NCBI GenBank assembly: GCA_951406725.2 | Contig: OX597815.1 | Location: 185,070,001-185,134,000 of the forward strand | Length of the DNA stretch: 64,000 nt | Direction of reading: 5' to 3' | DNA from: Octopus vulgaris | Lineage: Eukaryota | Shown here: piece after piece, positions 26,306 to 40,721 of the stretch | How the letters are laid out: every line of letters begins with the position of its first letter | Position numbering within the stretch: the first letter of the stretch is position 1 | Position numbers and translations under genes: made by a program | The notes under the pieces: generated by a model | What the model was told of the DNA's origin: nothing | Seen by the model: the letters and a program-made list of their open reading frames with translations, nothing else | The model's database searches: none

Positions 26306-26475
26306 AGAGAGAGAGAGTGTCTGTATGTTACGCTAATATGGAAAGATTAATAGTTTATTGGTGCATTTGCTTTCTGAAGAGATAAATTGAGAGTTAAAGC
26401 TGGAAATTTGTAAAGAGAAAAGCAGGTGGATAACCCCAGATCACGTGTTATTTAAGTATATATTGGTAGATAGAA

Positions 26476-26707
26476 GGCAGCGAGCTGGCAGAACCGTTAG
26501 CACGCCGGGCGAATTGCTTGCCGGTATTTCGTCTGCCGCTACGTTCTGAGTTCAAATTCCGCCGAGGTCGACTTTGCCTTTCATCCTTTCGGGGTCGATT
26601 GAATAAGTACCACTTACGCACTGGGGTCGATATAATCGATTTAATCCGTTTGTCTGTCCTTGTTTGTCCCCACTATGTTTAGCCCCTTGTGGGTAGTAAA
26701 GAAATAG
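26476..26707 (+). mobile_element. SINE family A monomer with approximate TSD ATATATTGGT (26458-26467 / 26708-26717)
   Basis: High identity to other copies; flanking direct repeat. Confidence 0.88.
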
Positions 26708-28294
26708 ATATATTGGTTGACAGGTCTCAAATAATTCGCTTTATTCTATATTTTTTCTATGCATATGGATAGCTAAACAAAATGATAAATATACAAAGTT
26801 AAAATGTCAAGCTATAAGTAAAATCACATAACAAAATAGCATTAAGTTTTGACTTAAAGATTTGCTGTAGTTCTACTTATCCAACAACAATTCACACACA
26901 CACACACACACGCGCATATATGTGTATGTGTGTGTATTATATAATATATTTGTTATATATTAAATAATGTCGTATTATTGCCGTTATATACAGTAATGAT
27001 AAGGTTGCTAGCAAGTTCAGTCCTATACAGGCGCAACATAAAGTAATTTAAGAAAAGTAATTTATAAATACCACATGCTAAAATCACCCGGTTTACCTCT
27101 GGATCTGCTGACTCTGCCGTCACAGATTTCACTGGAGTTTTTTCGAATGGAAGTATATAACCGATAACACAAAATCTTCAGTTATTTTTAAGTCATATCA
27201 ATTTCCTTTTATATTACAAAGTGGCCACTTGAATGTATAAAAATTATCGTACATACAGTAATAGTGAAATAAGGAAAGAGGTACCGGGTTCAAGAAAAGG
27301 TATTACTCCTCGGGAAATTCTAATAGTAAAGTCATAGATCAAAGATTGATTGAAGACTACTCTATTATAGATATCTGTTATCGACCCATAGAAAATGTAG
27401 TTCAAAGAGTCGGGATTTGACATCAGATGCTCGAAGACAAAATACTGCAGTATTGAGTGCGCAAATATTCGACGAAATTTTCAACCAAGCATATTATATT
27501 GACGTTGGCAGTGCTTCCATTGAAATGAACCGAGTGTCACCGGCGACGTTTTGCTTTCTAATTTTCTAAAAAGGTATTTCTGCACCGCAATTTGTAACTC
27601 AAATACGCTATAATCAATGATAGCGGAAGAAAACCGTGCGAAAATTTTATTTTAGAACTAAATGTTATTGTTTTTCTTGTCTTCAAACTTAAATTACAGC
27701 CAGCTGTCTTTAACGCGATTCAATAATGTCCTCTTAAGTCAATCACATTGAAAACCTCCGTATTTGTACAAGATAATTGCCTTGCATTGGATCGATTCCA
27801 AACGTTATAAATCCACAAGCTCTCCGAAAAGGTTACACTAAGGTTACCATCTATGTTTTGATGTAGCTACACAAGAACTTGCCACTAAAATTAGCATTCC
27901 GGGAGAAAGGAAACGTAAATATCATCTAAAGTGGGTACTAATGCGAATCGAGCGACCAGTACTTTCACTTGATCTAATTTTCACACCAACAATTTATATA
28001 CATTGAAAATTGGTCTATTTTACACAGAAAATTTTCCTAAGCAAATTTTGGCTTTAAAGTGTTTCTCTGCATGAAATCGTATAAGCTGAAATATAATAAT
28101 TGATGATAGGTATATGCACACGCGCGCGCGCGAACATCCGCTCACTTACGCACATGCACACACGCACACACATTCTTCATTGACTGGTTTATATGTATGT
28201 TTGTGCTCGTGGGTATGCTCAAAATTCAAAATATTGATTGCTGGACATCTATAATTATGCATATGTATGTATGTATACACACACATACACACGC

Positions 28295-28316
<22 letters not shown>

Positions 28317-28330
<14 letters not shown>

Positions 28331-28483
28331 ATTCATATACATATTTATTTATGGATATAAAGATAAATAGATAGAGAGGGGGGACAGATGATACATACAT
28401 ACATACATACATATATATATATATATATTCATATACATATGTATTTATTGATATACAGATAAATAGATAGAGAAGGGGAGAGA

Positions 28484-28555
<72 letters not shown>

Positions 28556-28560
28556 TATAT
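28317..28560. repeat. Tandem duplication of a ~110-bp microsatellite-rich unit
   Basis: ATTCATATACATAT...GATAAATAGATAGAGA.GGGG...GATACATACATAC occurs twice. Confidence 0.7.
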
Positions 28561-29069
28561 TCTAACAAAATTTAGAAGTCCAATCAATGTATTGAGCAGA
28601 GACACATCCACACCCACATGCTCGCGCGCGCCCTCGTACATATGCCACACGTGCGCACACGCACACACGCACACGCATACACATATGTATACACATACAC
28701 GCATACACATATGCACACACAATCACGCACACACATACACATACATTTAGAGTACTTAAAGAGAAAATAGACAATTTTACAAAAATGACTGGTGAACGAA
28801 TTTGCGAAGACCAGACGAAATCTGACATATTCTCTCGCTTTCTGAACTCAAACGAAATCATGCTGTGAAAAATTAATCGAAATATCGCCATTCAGTGCAC
28901 GATATTTAACATGACTTACGTGTATGGGGTATGAAATTGCATGGAATGTCTAAGAGTAGTGTATTAGGAATGAATAATTTCAACGGTTTCTTGTTTATGC
29001 GACAGGTTGACAAGTTACACTGACCAACCAAAGTTAATGTGTGAATTTTAAATATATCAATCCACCCAT

Positions 29070-29280
29070 TCATACCTACTTACATACATTCATGTTGGTT
29101 GTCTATTCCTTATGCAGAGTCTGGCCACTTCTTGTACCCAGCACTTTATATCCATCATGGCGCCTGCTGTGGCTTTTGACGATGTCTTGAAAAGACACCC
29201 ACATAGATTGCATATCCGATTTGGACCACCAAGAACTGCAGTTAAGTTCTTATCTTTGTGGATCTTCAAATGTCTTTTGT
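29070..29280 (-). mobile_element. Probable LINE (RTE-like) 3' end with a C2H2-like remnant, inserted in (CATA)n
   Basis: KRHLKIH...ICNLCGCLFKT; flanked by (ATGT)n on both sides. Confidence 0.4.
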
Positions 29281-29315
29281 ACATACATACATACATACAT
29301 ACATACATACATACA

Positions 29316-29348
<33 letters not shown>

Positions 29349-31384
29349 GCATGCCTATACACGTACATAATTGAGAAGGAAGCTTTTTGTGCAAACAAAT
29401 TAGTCATTAGCTGATGACCAATGCTGGTTACACAAAATTAAAATACAAGATATTAGCGACGTCATTTCCAAATGCAAGTGGAGTTACTTGAATCATTGTC
29501 ACCACAGTGGGATACGATGCCGCATCTGAAGCCTACTGCGGTAAAAACAAACGTAACTAGAAAGACGATAAATCTCCAATAAGAACGAGTATATTATGAA
29601 CGGTGTCTCAAAACTTTTGTGAATGTTAGAACTCAACCCAGCAACCAAGTGCATAATCTAAACGCTACGGATGATTACTTGATCCAGACGAACAGAAAAA
29701 TGCAACATTATCCAAAACTAAAAAGGCGAGATTATTGAACAAAGGATAGCGGAAAGAAAATAGATATTTCTGTTTAATATTACCTGTAAATGGCAATACA
29801 ATACTACTACTGATTTATAAAAGAACTTGAACCGAATCGATCTCACCGCTTCTGTATGTCTGCAAAGTACGTGAACACAGTAACTTTCTCCTGAACCAAA
29901 CCAATAACGCCAGAGAGCAGGGTCTCTGTAACGACAATATACAAACGGATATTTCTAAATATCCATATTGTATATAAAATCAATGTTGTTTGCTTCAACT
30001 TAATCTGTACGCAAAGGCCATTCGAACGAAAGAGTTATTCCTATTCAGACTTATGTTTGCTTGCTGTTCTTGTAGGACCCATTTATAAATTTTTTGCCGG
30101 ATATCGTAAAAATGTTTTTTTTATTTTTCAATTCAGTGCTTACATAGTCGTTGGTGACAAGATAAATTGTGATGCCATTTAGCAATATATTCTCTCAGAA
30201 GTTAGAAATGACAGCCTAGCTATTTCCAAGTTTCTTTGAGATTTTGAGATGGAGTGTGCTACATAAAGTGTTGCCAGTGTCGTTTCGTCATTGTATTATT
30301 AGCTGATTGAAAAGGTGATTGTAAAGGAAGAGTCAGATTACTTTTAAACAACTCCACAAAGATTATATATCTCAAGATTAATACACTAATATCTACCTTG
30401 ACACGAATAAGGGATTAATTTTCACCTGCAAACAATTATGTTGATTTAAAGATTAGACCTTGCACCGATGGTATGATACGAAATAATATGGAATTAATAT
30501 AGTCTTCTCAAAACTTAAAGGATTTCGAATTCCAAACTCATGACGATGTATTCAAACTAATCTTCCGATAAGATATATTATTATAATAAAAAAAAAATGC
30601 TATGTCTAAATTTGCTCAGGTGAATTCTAAACGGACTGGTTAATTTTATTACTTGATATTTTATCCATAATTTTCACTACAATAAAGAGTCTTTAAAGAA
30701 GAAAATGAAAAGGAATTGTTTTGTTACAAATATTCGGTCCTTTTCTTACGTGAGAGAGTAATTTTAATTCTTTCACCTACTAACTTCAGACATCATTAGA
30801 ATGATCGAAAACCATCTTCCCTTGGCTAAGCATTACATAAATAAATAAAGTCGTTTCGAAGCACATAAAGATGCTTAGATTTCCAGGTGGCAACTACGTT
30901 ACTACTAATCTTCTCCTCTGATTTCTGTGCCTTATGTACTGAATATCTCACAACGGAATGTGTTATCGTGTATCTTAATTAATCACTCTAAAGTTAACTC
31001 CAAGATTATATATGAATGTCATTAAACATTACTTTAGAGATTACCTGTTGATTGCTTCTAAATATCTGAGAAATAGTTCAAAACTGACGGTTCAACAGGA
31101 AATATAAATTGGATTTTGATGAATTCCTAGAATTTCATAGACATGTTTGAAAACTGCACTTTGTTTGAATGAAGATTCGCCGTTATTAATAATATTAAAG
31201 AGAAAAGTGAATTTAATAGACAGAATATGACTATCTACACATTGTACTTGTAGCAACACAATGAACTTTCGTGACGCTGTCTTTTATTGTAATCGTTTCT
31301 GTAGCTCGCGATATTTTTTTATGGGAAGTGGATGCTAGCTTCATGCCCATCCCTCCTCCTTTTTCATCCGGGCTTGTCGATATA

Positions 31385-31605
31385 AAGCGAACTCAATTGT
31401 CAGGATCGCTTTGCAATGGGTTCCACCGGGTAAAGGAAGATGTTGCCGGGCAAAGGAAACGTGGCGGAGAACAAGAACAAAAGATCTTAATAGCAGAGGG
31501 TTAACAATAGAACAAACTGTCAAGGACGCTCTCAGTGTCAGAAGGTGGAAGGATCTTGCTGTCGCCTCAAGTGTCACAAGGCACAATGAGAACCGAATGA
31601 ATGAA
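31385..31605 (+). mobile_element. RTE-clade LINE 3' end
   Basis: IVRIALQWVPPGKGRCCRAKETWRRT...RRWKDL, the typical RTE C-terminus, followed by a GAATGAATGAA tail. Confidence 0.7.
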
Positions 31606-32379
31606 AATGAATCTTATAATTTGCTTCTCTCCTTATGTCTTTAAATATGAACATTTATGTGTGTGTGTGTTTGTGAGTGCGTGCTTACGTGGTTGTGAGC
31701 TGTGTGTATATATACATATGTTTATAGTTGTATATCCGTTTATATATATATATATAAACGTATATACACATACGCTCACACTCACACACACAAACACATA
31801 TACGGGTTACAACGATCCAAAGTAAAATAAAACATAGAAAGTGGGGTTTGAAAATTTATTCGTGAAATCATTCCAGCATAAAAAAAATAATAGAAAAATA
31901 TCTAAAGGAATATAATCAACTTACTCGTTAATATAAAAGCCGTATTAAGTACCTTTTTTTTTAACCCAGAATATGATAATTTTTACGTTATAAACAGAAA
32001 TGACTCTGACGAAAATAACATTATCATTTTTAGGTCGTCCAATTTTTCTCAACAGATGAATAGACGAATTGATTAAACCTATTTGTAATGTACCTATAAT
32101 GACTACTGTGAACAGCTGTAAGCCTAATTTACTCTAAGGAAAAATAGATAACGACCATTATTTATACCTCATTTTATATATAACTCTGTGTAAATACCAG
32201 TTTAACTGGAACCCAACTACGGATTTACAACCTAAAATTATGATGAATCATAGCCTCGGATCCGGCCATAAAAATAGTTCTTCACTAAATTAAACAATAC
32301 TGTTAGACTGGTGTCTCGACGGAGAGCTTATGAAGTATTTTGCCCGAATTGGTAATCCCTCACTAATAGCTATGTCATA

Positions 32380-32479
<100 letters not shown>

Positions 32480-32488
32480 CATAGTTAC

Positions 32489-32645
32489 ACGACAAACTTC
32501 TTTCAGTTTTCGTCTGCCAAATCCACTCACAAGGCTTTAAGCGGCCCGAGACTATAAGAGACATTTTCTGAATATGCCACGCTGTGGGATTGAAACCGGA
32601 GCTACGTGGGTAGGAAGCAAACTTTTTAACCAGCCAATCAGGCCT
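32489..32645 (-). mobile_element. SINE family B 5' fragment
   Basis: TTTCAGTTTTCGTCTGCCAAATCCACTCACAAGGCTTT. Confidence 0.6.
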
Positions 32646-33502
32646 GAGTTCATATATTTAATCTTCGCTTTTTTATTATCATACAGACATAACCAATTTT
32701 ATAGACGTTTTAATATCAATTTTGGGCTTCGAATTACATTTCACTTATACCATTAACGCACGCAAGAAACATAGTGAACGTCAGATATTTTTCCATATTT
32801 TTATATAAAATTGTCACTATATTAAGTTAAAAGAAATCAATAATAGCATGCATTAACAGATATAATAAAACGAATATAAAAAGACTCTTCATTTTACCTA
32901 CCATCAGAATATAATCGTTATTTAATGCATTGAGTGGGGAGGGTCATTGAAAATGAAGAAAGCTCAATTCAATTCCCAAACACAAAATCTATGTTGAATT
33001 GTTACAGACCTCTAAGTTTTGACTACTTTTATTCGTAGTTCATTTCTGCTTCTCTTGTCTATACTATTCAATAATTCTGAGTTTAACTACAGTGTATAGT
33101 TATGTAAAATATAAAGTTAAATATAGCATAGAATTAATATTCAATACGAAGTATTTATTGATTGCCGAAGTACATTTCAAAGCATTTCCAAATATAAATT
33201 GAAATGTCAAAAAGTATAAATTTGGTACAAACGCAGACTTGATCGAAGAAATGCCGTTACAAGAAAGAAAGAGTTTAGAACAGTATTACTTAACGAAGCT
33301 TTCTTAAGGATTATTTAAAGTTCAATATTCATCTTTGGCGGCGGGTACTGTCAAGCAGAGAACAAAGAACGCTCTTTTCTACTGCACAACTCCATTCAAT
33401 TATGATCAACACACTCTTTATGCTTTACACGCACTCACAAACGACACAGACGAACACATATTGTATACATGTGTGTGTTTGTGTGTACATATACACATAA
33501 AA

Positions 33503-33733
33503 GGCGGCGAGCTGGCAGAAGCATTAGCACGCCGGGCGAAATGCGTAGCAGTATTTCGTCTGCTGTTACGTTCTGAGTTCAAATTCCGCCGAGGTCGACT
33601 TTGCCTTTCATCCTTTCGGGGTCGATTAAATTTAGTACCAGTTACGCACTGGGGTCGATGTAAACGACTTAATCCATTTGTCTGTCCTTGTTTGTCCCCT
33701 CTGTGTTTAGCCCCTTATGGGTAGAAAAGAAAT

Positions 33734-33734
<1 letters not shown>
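33503..33734 (+). mobile_element. SINE family A monomer
   Basis: High identity to family copies. Confidence 0.88.
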
Positions 33735-33774
<40 letters not shown>

Positions 33775-34879
33775 TATATATATATATACATATATATAAT
33801 TTCAGTCGACTGCTAACCTTAGGGTTTACCCTATAAAGCTTGTCGACATGTCCAGGGTAAGGAACAGATAGCAGCCCAGAGATTGGCTGCTTTATCAAAC
33901 ACACGCCTGAAAATTCGGAATTATCGAATAATATATGCAACTGTTGATCCATGAGGTATCTTTGACATATACCACAATTTGACTCTTCTGTGTGATACAG
34001 AAAAGTTAACTCTTCAATGACACCTAATGAATGAATAGTTGCATAATATAACAATATTCATAAGCAAGAACACATCTACATGCATACATACAAACATATA
34101 TATATACGCACATACAGGCATACATACACACAGGCATAAGATCCTTTCTCGGACGGACTCAGAGAAGACCTTGGTGAGAGATGGAAGTCATTGAGGAGCT
34201 CGCTTGTAGCGACAAAAGAAATTTGTCTAGGAAAAAAATACGGATTGATTGTTTAACTAGCGCATTAAACAAACGATTCATTAGTCAGTTGGTTGTAACC
34301 AATTAACTAACAATAAAGAAGTATCATTGAACTAGTGCGTGTGATATTGCTTTTTGTGTAATGACCCTCCCAAGACAACAAAATTTGTTTCAACACACGA
34401 ATTCACATCAAGAATCTTGCATACCAAATACAAAAAAAAGTGCATTGCTCTTTCAAATATAGAGAAACACAATAAAATACGTCAATAAATGATGTGTAGG
34501 AGGACGTACTCAAATCAATAGGAGGAGGTATGCGAAGTGTTTTTAATGAATAAATGTTTTCTAAGTGAATAAATAGTTTATTAGATTAGAAATGAACAAA
34601 AGCTTAGCCACTTTCGTAAACAACTCACAAAGTGCTGAGGAGATAATTCCAATAAGAATGAATTTTAAGAAAGAATTCTCTTGCCTAAGGAAAAAAAAAA
34701 CTATTGTTTTTCAGTGGGCCTAATAATAACTACAGGCAATGGTTTGGTTTTACTAGAATTTGTAACTGACGCGTAGACAACGGAAAACCGCTTGAGAAGG
34801 AATTTACATAGAGAAAAATAGATTAGTATAAGTTCTCGCGAGCTATAATTTGCATATTTAAAAAAAAAGGATTGAACTA

Positions 34880-35041
34880 GCCGTAGGGGTGGCTGTGTGG
34901 TAGGTAGCTTGCTTACGAACCACATGGATCCGGGTTCAGTCCCACTGCGTGGCACCTTGGGCAAGTGTCTTCTACTATAGTCTCGGGCCGACCAAAGACT
35001 TGTAAGTGGATTTCGTAGACGGAAACTGAAAGAAGCCCGTC

Positions 35042-35097
<56 letters not shown>

Positions 35098-35330
35098 ATA
35101 TGTTTGTGTGCCTGTCTTTGTCCCCCCCTCCCTAACATCGCTTGACAACCGATGCTGGTGTGTTTACGTCCCCGTAACTTAGCGGTTCGGCAAAAGAGAC
35201 CGATAGAATAAGTACTAGGCTTACAAAGAATAAGTCCTATGGTCGATTTGCTCGACTAAAAGGCGGTGCTCCAGCATGGGCACAGTCAAATGACTGAAAC
35301 AAATAAAAGAGTAAAAGAGTTAAAGAGTAA
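34880..35330 (+). mobile_element. SINE family B, full length
   Basis: High identity to 11585-11990; internal (TA)n; AAAGAGT tail repeats. Confidence 0.88.
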
Positions 35331-35473
35331 GCAAAATAACCAAACCTGGTTGATCGTGAGAATTGAGATAAATCGTGGAGTTAGTAAATCTCATGCGTCA
35401 CAAAAATGTTTTGAAAGTTTGCTACTTATTGAAGAAAGGGCAAAAACTTAGCGGTATCTGTTAGTGACTAACA

Positions 35474-35506
<33 letters not shown>

Positions 35507-36637
35507 TTCGATAAATTGAGAATTAGTTTTGAAAAATTCAATTCTCATGTGTGTTGTCTATGCATCGCTGACGTATTTCAAAAGGACTGAAATGTGTCCG
35601 TTGCAGTCACTGTCTCCGTTAATGCAGATCACATTTTCTCTCAAATATGCCAATTAATTTCTTTTTTAATTAATATTTTTTATAATAATTTACTATTATC
35701 TTTCCATGCATGCAATACGCTGACAATGACGTCAACTGGTCTGATACAGAAAACTCTCTCTAATCCGACACTCAAATAACCGGATCGCTCAAGCAACTAG
35801 CGCCGAATATTATGATGTTAATTAGTCAAGAGAATTTGAGCTAATTTGTGTAAATTAATTGTCTTTAAAAGAGAGATTTTGCTGTATCTAAAGTGGATCG
35901 TTACTTCTCAAATGTACTGTGCTGTATTTTATTTAATCGTATTTACAATACTTATAAATTAACTTTTATTTCTTCCGGTTTCTGTCATTTATCTTACATT
36001 CAAAACATTAATTCTAATACTAATGTATATACAGTCTTATGAGTTTCGTAAGGTGATAATTTAAGAAATGATGGTCAGTGATCTAGAAAATTTAATCATC
36101 CAGTAACCCTCTGGTCTCAGGGGTGCCGGATAGGAGGGAGCTTACTGTGATACTTGATTCGTTGGAATTAGATTCGTTGAAATTAGTTTTAGAATCATTA
36201 CCTACTATCTACTAACGCATATCGATCAATTTTCGATATTTAAGAAATAATTGACATATTTCAACTTAGCTTTCGAAAGATAAATTAAACATTCACCATC
36301 GTCTCAACAGATGGTCGTTCAGTTTCTTCCATACCGAAGCCTATGAGCTTCATCCGCTCGGTGTTATTTGACTAAAACCTCTCTTTTTTCCATCAACGGC
36401 ACTTTCATGTTTAGCTTTGAGTTTAAATTCAAAGTAACTGCACACTGAAACCAAGACTTTGGTAACTACTGTGAGCACAGCTTCATAATTGTTATTTCAT
36501 TTGTAAACAAACTAAACCCTAACCAAAGCTGAGCCGTTCCTGCGGCGCACCAGACACAACAGACAGATTATAGCACAATAGCTATATCTTTAGTAATTTC
36601 AGCCGACACAAACATGACAAGATGTCCAGCCTACACT

Positions 36638-36847
36638 TACTCATTTACTCTTTTACTTGTTTCAGTCATGTGACTGTGGTCATGCTGGAGCTCGCCTTTA
36701 GTCGAGCAAATCGACTTATTCTTTGTAAGCCTAGTACTTATTCTATCGGTCTCTTTTTCTGAACCGCTAATTTACGGGGACGTAAACACACCAGTATCGG
36801 TTGTCAAGCGATGTTGGGGAGACAAACACGGACGCATAAACATATAC

Positions 36848-36908
<61 letters not shown>

Positions 36909-37078
36909 CATATATACGACACGCTTTTTCAGCTTCTTTCTACGAAATCCACTCATAAGGCTTTGGTCGGCCCGAGGCTATAGTAGAAGACACTTGCCCA
37001 AGGTGCCACGCAGTGAGACTGAACCCGGAAACATGTGGTTCGTAAGCAAGATACTTACCACACAGTCACTCCTACGCC
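36638..37078 (-). mobile_element. SINE family B, full length
   Basis: Reverse complement of the family consensus. Confidence 0.88.
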
Positions 37079-38533
37079 TATCTGGTAAGCATATGTGCCG
37101 TTATTAAAATTCATAAATTCCAATCGGAATTCATTGCATTTCGCTGCTCTTTATATTGACGCGTCAATTCTGTCATACTGGCCTACAAGGGCTGATTTGA
37201 TGTGGCCGTCTGAGTTTTACAAAGTGAAAGTCTCCCGATTAAATTGTATTTATGAAATGTTATTCAAATTTCACAACCATCATGCCCAATCCAACAAACA
37301 ATTAGTTGGGTCTTATCTGACTTAGAAATTGAGTTCTTTCTGTCTTCTTATTTCCACAGACACCAACATCAACCTTCGCTCATCACGTAATTCTACCATC
37401 TGCCACTTCTCAAAAATTTTATTCGGCCAAGAATTCTAGTCTAACTACAACTGTCCTCAACCAACAGCACAGGTAACAGCACCTCCATCCCACATATATG
37501 GCACAAATCGTTTTCCTCTCACAATACTCTGAAGTCCAGGAGTTCGTCCACTTTATTAGTTATACTCAAGAGCTGAGCAGTCAATTCGTTGACTTGCTCA
37601 GTACCTCATGCTTACCTTTGAGCCTCACACTTCTTTTATTCCTTTCAGCAATTCGTTCCACCTCCCTTAACAATTTTAACACTAGCATCTCTTCATCTAA
37701 CGTGTACTACATCCTGTAACCTCTCAGCGCAATTCTTTCACCTCGATCGCTTCTCTTGGCGAGCATTTGATTTCACTGTTAATTCCAGCGAAATGGTCAG
37801 TTTTTTTCCTTCAGTATTGGCATTCCTAACCACATATTGGGCTCAACGCAGCATCTAACCCTACCTTTTGGTTATATGTCTGTTCTCCAGTCTTGTGCTC
37901 ACTCCACTACCCATCATTTCCATACCACAGCCCTCTAAAGCGTTATGATTCGGGATTTGCATTTCCTCTAATCCGGCTACTAATTTCCTGAATACTCTCT
38001 CTCGCTCTCTCTCTCTCTCTCCTCCAAATACTGGCCAAATATCTGACCATTGTTGTTTTATATTATATAATAAACAACCTTGACCGTTTGGCAGTTCTTG
38101 CTTTCACCTGTCTCTTCTACCTGTACCATTTGTATATCTCGCCTCCCATTCCAATATTAAATACTTCGTTCCAGAGAACGTCAATCACTTCAAATTCACC
38201 ATTCAAATTTAGAATGAAGTTGACAAACAAATGTTGAAGCTAAACAACCAATTGCTTCAAACTTGTCACAGAAATCTTGCAACCGTGATGGCTATTGTGC
38301 TTCATATCCTTAGTAAGATATAAAAACATTTTCATGTTCTGCTGTATCTTATATTATTAGAGCATTTGAGAAAATAGTTGGATGCAAAATATTTATATTT
38401 ATCCATCCTTTAAATTTAACCAGACTTGACATGTATTCATATGTTACACTTAATATAAATAGTCAGGCAGTTGATGTGCGATTGTATCTATATTAGTTTT
38501 CGTGAAATAAGAATAGAAATATTATGAAGTCTA

Positions 38534-38855
38534 AATAGTAAATCTCTGAACGAGGTATAAACAGTAACTGCACGACAATGTGAGGTATACTAGCCATCTC
38601 AATATGGCTAACCACTAAGGGTGGGTGTTACTGTAGCTTGTAGCCCCCAGGAGAACATCGTCTCCAGCTGGCTTTAGGCACACTTTCTGTGCCCTTATGG
38701 TATTTGCAAAGGGAGGTCATCCCTTTGCAAATACCGATAGGGCACAGAAAGTGTGTCAATAGCCAGCTGGAGACGATGTTCTCCTGGGGCTACAAGCTAC
38801 AGTAACACCCACCCTTAGTGGTTAGCCATATTGAGATGGCAAGTATACCTCACAT
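38534..38855. mobile_element. Insertion made of a 278-bp near-perfect palindrome plus 44 bp of unique sequence, flanked by a 15-bp direct repeat
   Basis: Arms 38578-38714 and 38720-38855 with loop GGTCA; ATATTATGAAGTCTA at 38519-38533 and 38854-38868. Confidence 0.85.
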
Positions 38856-40120
38856 ATTATGAAGTCTACTTCCGTTTTAAACTGCTGATATGCTACGAAT
38901 TTGAGGAAGTGACCATCAATATATTCTAATCGAAGAAACGTTATCAAATGTGACGGAAATTAGAAAGACGCTTAGATCAGTCTTCTCAAAGTTTTGTACA
39001 AAAGTCGAAAGTAATAAATGGCACAAGCAGGACAAGAGGAAATCAAAAGTAATTGTTGTAATTTCTGCCGCATTATTTTCTTAAATATTTACTTTTCAAC
39101 GTATTTATGCAAATTTCCAGACTATTGTTTCCATTTGAAACCATAACAATAATTTTTAATACATTGCTTCGTGTTATGTAACATAACGCTGAATATGTGT
39201 AGTCGAAGTTGTAGTTGTCTGAGAAATATTACGCTATGTATATTTGTCAGAATATTTCGAGTTAATGAAAATTATCAATATTTATCATTTGCTTAGGACA
39301 TTTTGATTCCGACATAAATGTTATGCTGAAACAATTATTATTCCTCCCCCTGTAGTTACAAATATTTATTGCTGTAGAAGAATGAGTGAGGTAGATGATA
39401 CGTAGAGGTAGCGACATATAACTACGCATTTCAGTGTTGCGATAACTTATGCAGTAATGCTTAGACAGAGAAAAGAGACATCGTCTCGTGTATCTGAGGT
39501 TGAAGAGATTTGTTGCCTTAGTGAGAATGGTTAATGTTGTTTAATGTTTGTATGACTTTAAAAGCTGTAATCCATTATGGATTTTAGTTGTTCTCCCAAG
39601 CTGATGAAGTTAATGGTCAGTGCTGAATATTTCACAATGCTAAAGAGAAAAGTTCGTCGTTGGGATACAATTTTAGCTAGTTTTTTTTTTATGTGGGGTC
39701 ATTAAAGATGTTCGTCAGACATTAGGAAACATCCAATTTATAGCTATGCTGAGTGTTTCACTTATAAGTTTTATCCGACATGAGTAAGTCTAAGGTGGAA
39801 CTTGGCTACTAAACCGAATTAAGAAGAAATATCAAATGCCTTGCTGACAAGCGGTATAAGAACATTACTTTCGATAAAATTTGTAGTTTGAAGAACCATT
39901 GATAAATGCAATAGGAAAACAGGTCCTAGTTGACCTGAATTTTCGGAAGTCGCAAAAACAATTGCTCCTACAATTTGAACATGTCTGCATAATCACATCA
40001 TCAGACATCTGATGAAGAATTGTTTTCAAGTAAGTATTAAAATCATTTCCAGAAAAGATTTTGAATTTTCGCTGTAAGGCAACGATTTTCGAAAACATAT
40101 TGAAAGATAGATACAAACAC

Positions 40121-40182
<62 letters not shown>

Positions 40183-40283
40183 GTACGCACGCACGCATGC
40201 ACACACACACACACACACAAACGCACACAGGCATTTCAGATGCTGACGCACACAAATAACCGCCTGATTCACATATATTTGGA

Positions 40284-40374
<91 letters not shown>

Positions 40375-40437
40375 TACTTACATGGAAATGGATGCTTGGT
40401 GTTCAATGATATAATAAATAAATATATACGCACAGAT

Positions 40438-40505
<68 letters not shown>

Positions 40506-40569
40506 ATATATGTATGTAGAAGATTGAAAAGGAACACACGAGTTGAAAATAAAAAAACAGGTTTAGTGG

Positions 40570-40632
<63 letters not shown>

Positions 40633-40652
40633 AATACAGAGAGATATATAAT

Positions 40653-40721
<69 letters not shown>

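Noticed and set aside
29090-29407. Host C2H2 zinc-finger exon
   Set aside because: The finger is incomplete, there are no clear splice sites, and it is flanked by (CATA)n; better explained as a LINE 3' end.
34630-34685. CUGAGGA...GAAA-GAAUUC-UC hammerhead-like string
   Set aside because: Stem I cannot pair, so this is likely a chance match.
35727-35734. CRE palindrome TGACGTCA in unique-looking DNA
   Set aside because: One 8-mer in 64 kb is expected by chance, and there is no promoter evidence.
37330-38150. Possible decayed LINE RT on the minus strand (also 57800-58140)
   Set aside because: The composition is suggestive, but no reliable motif could be read by eye.
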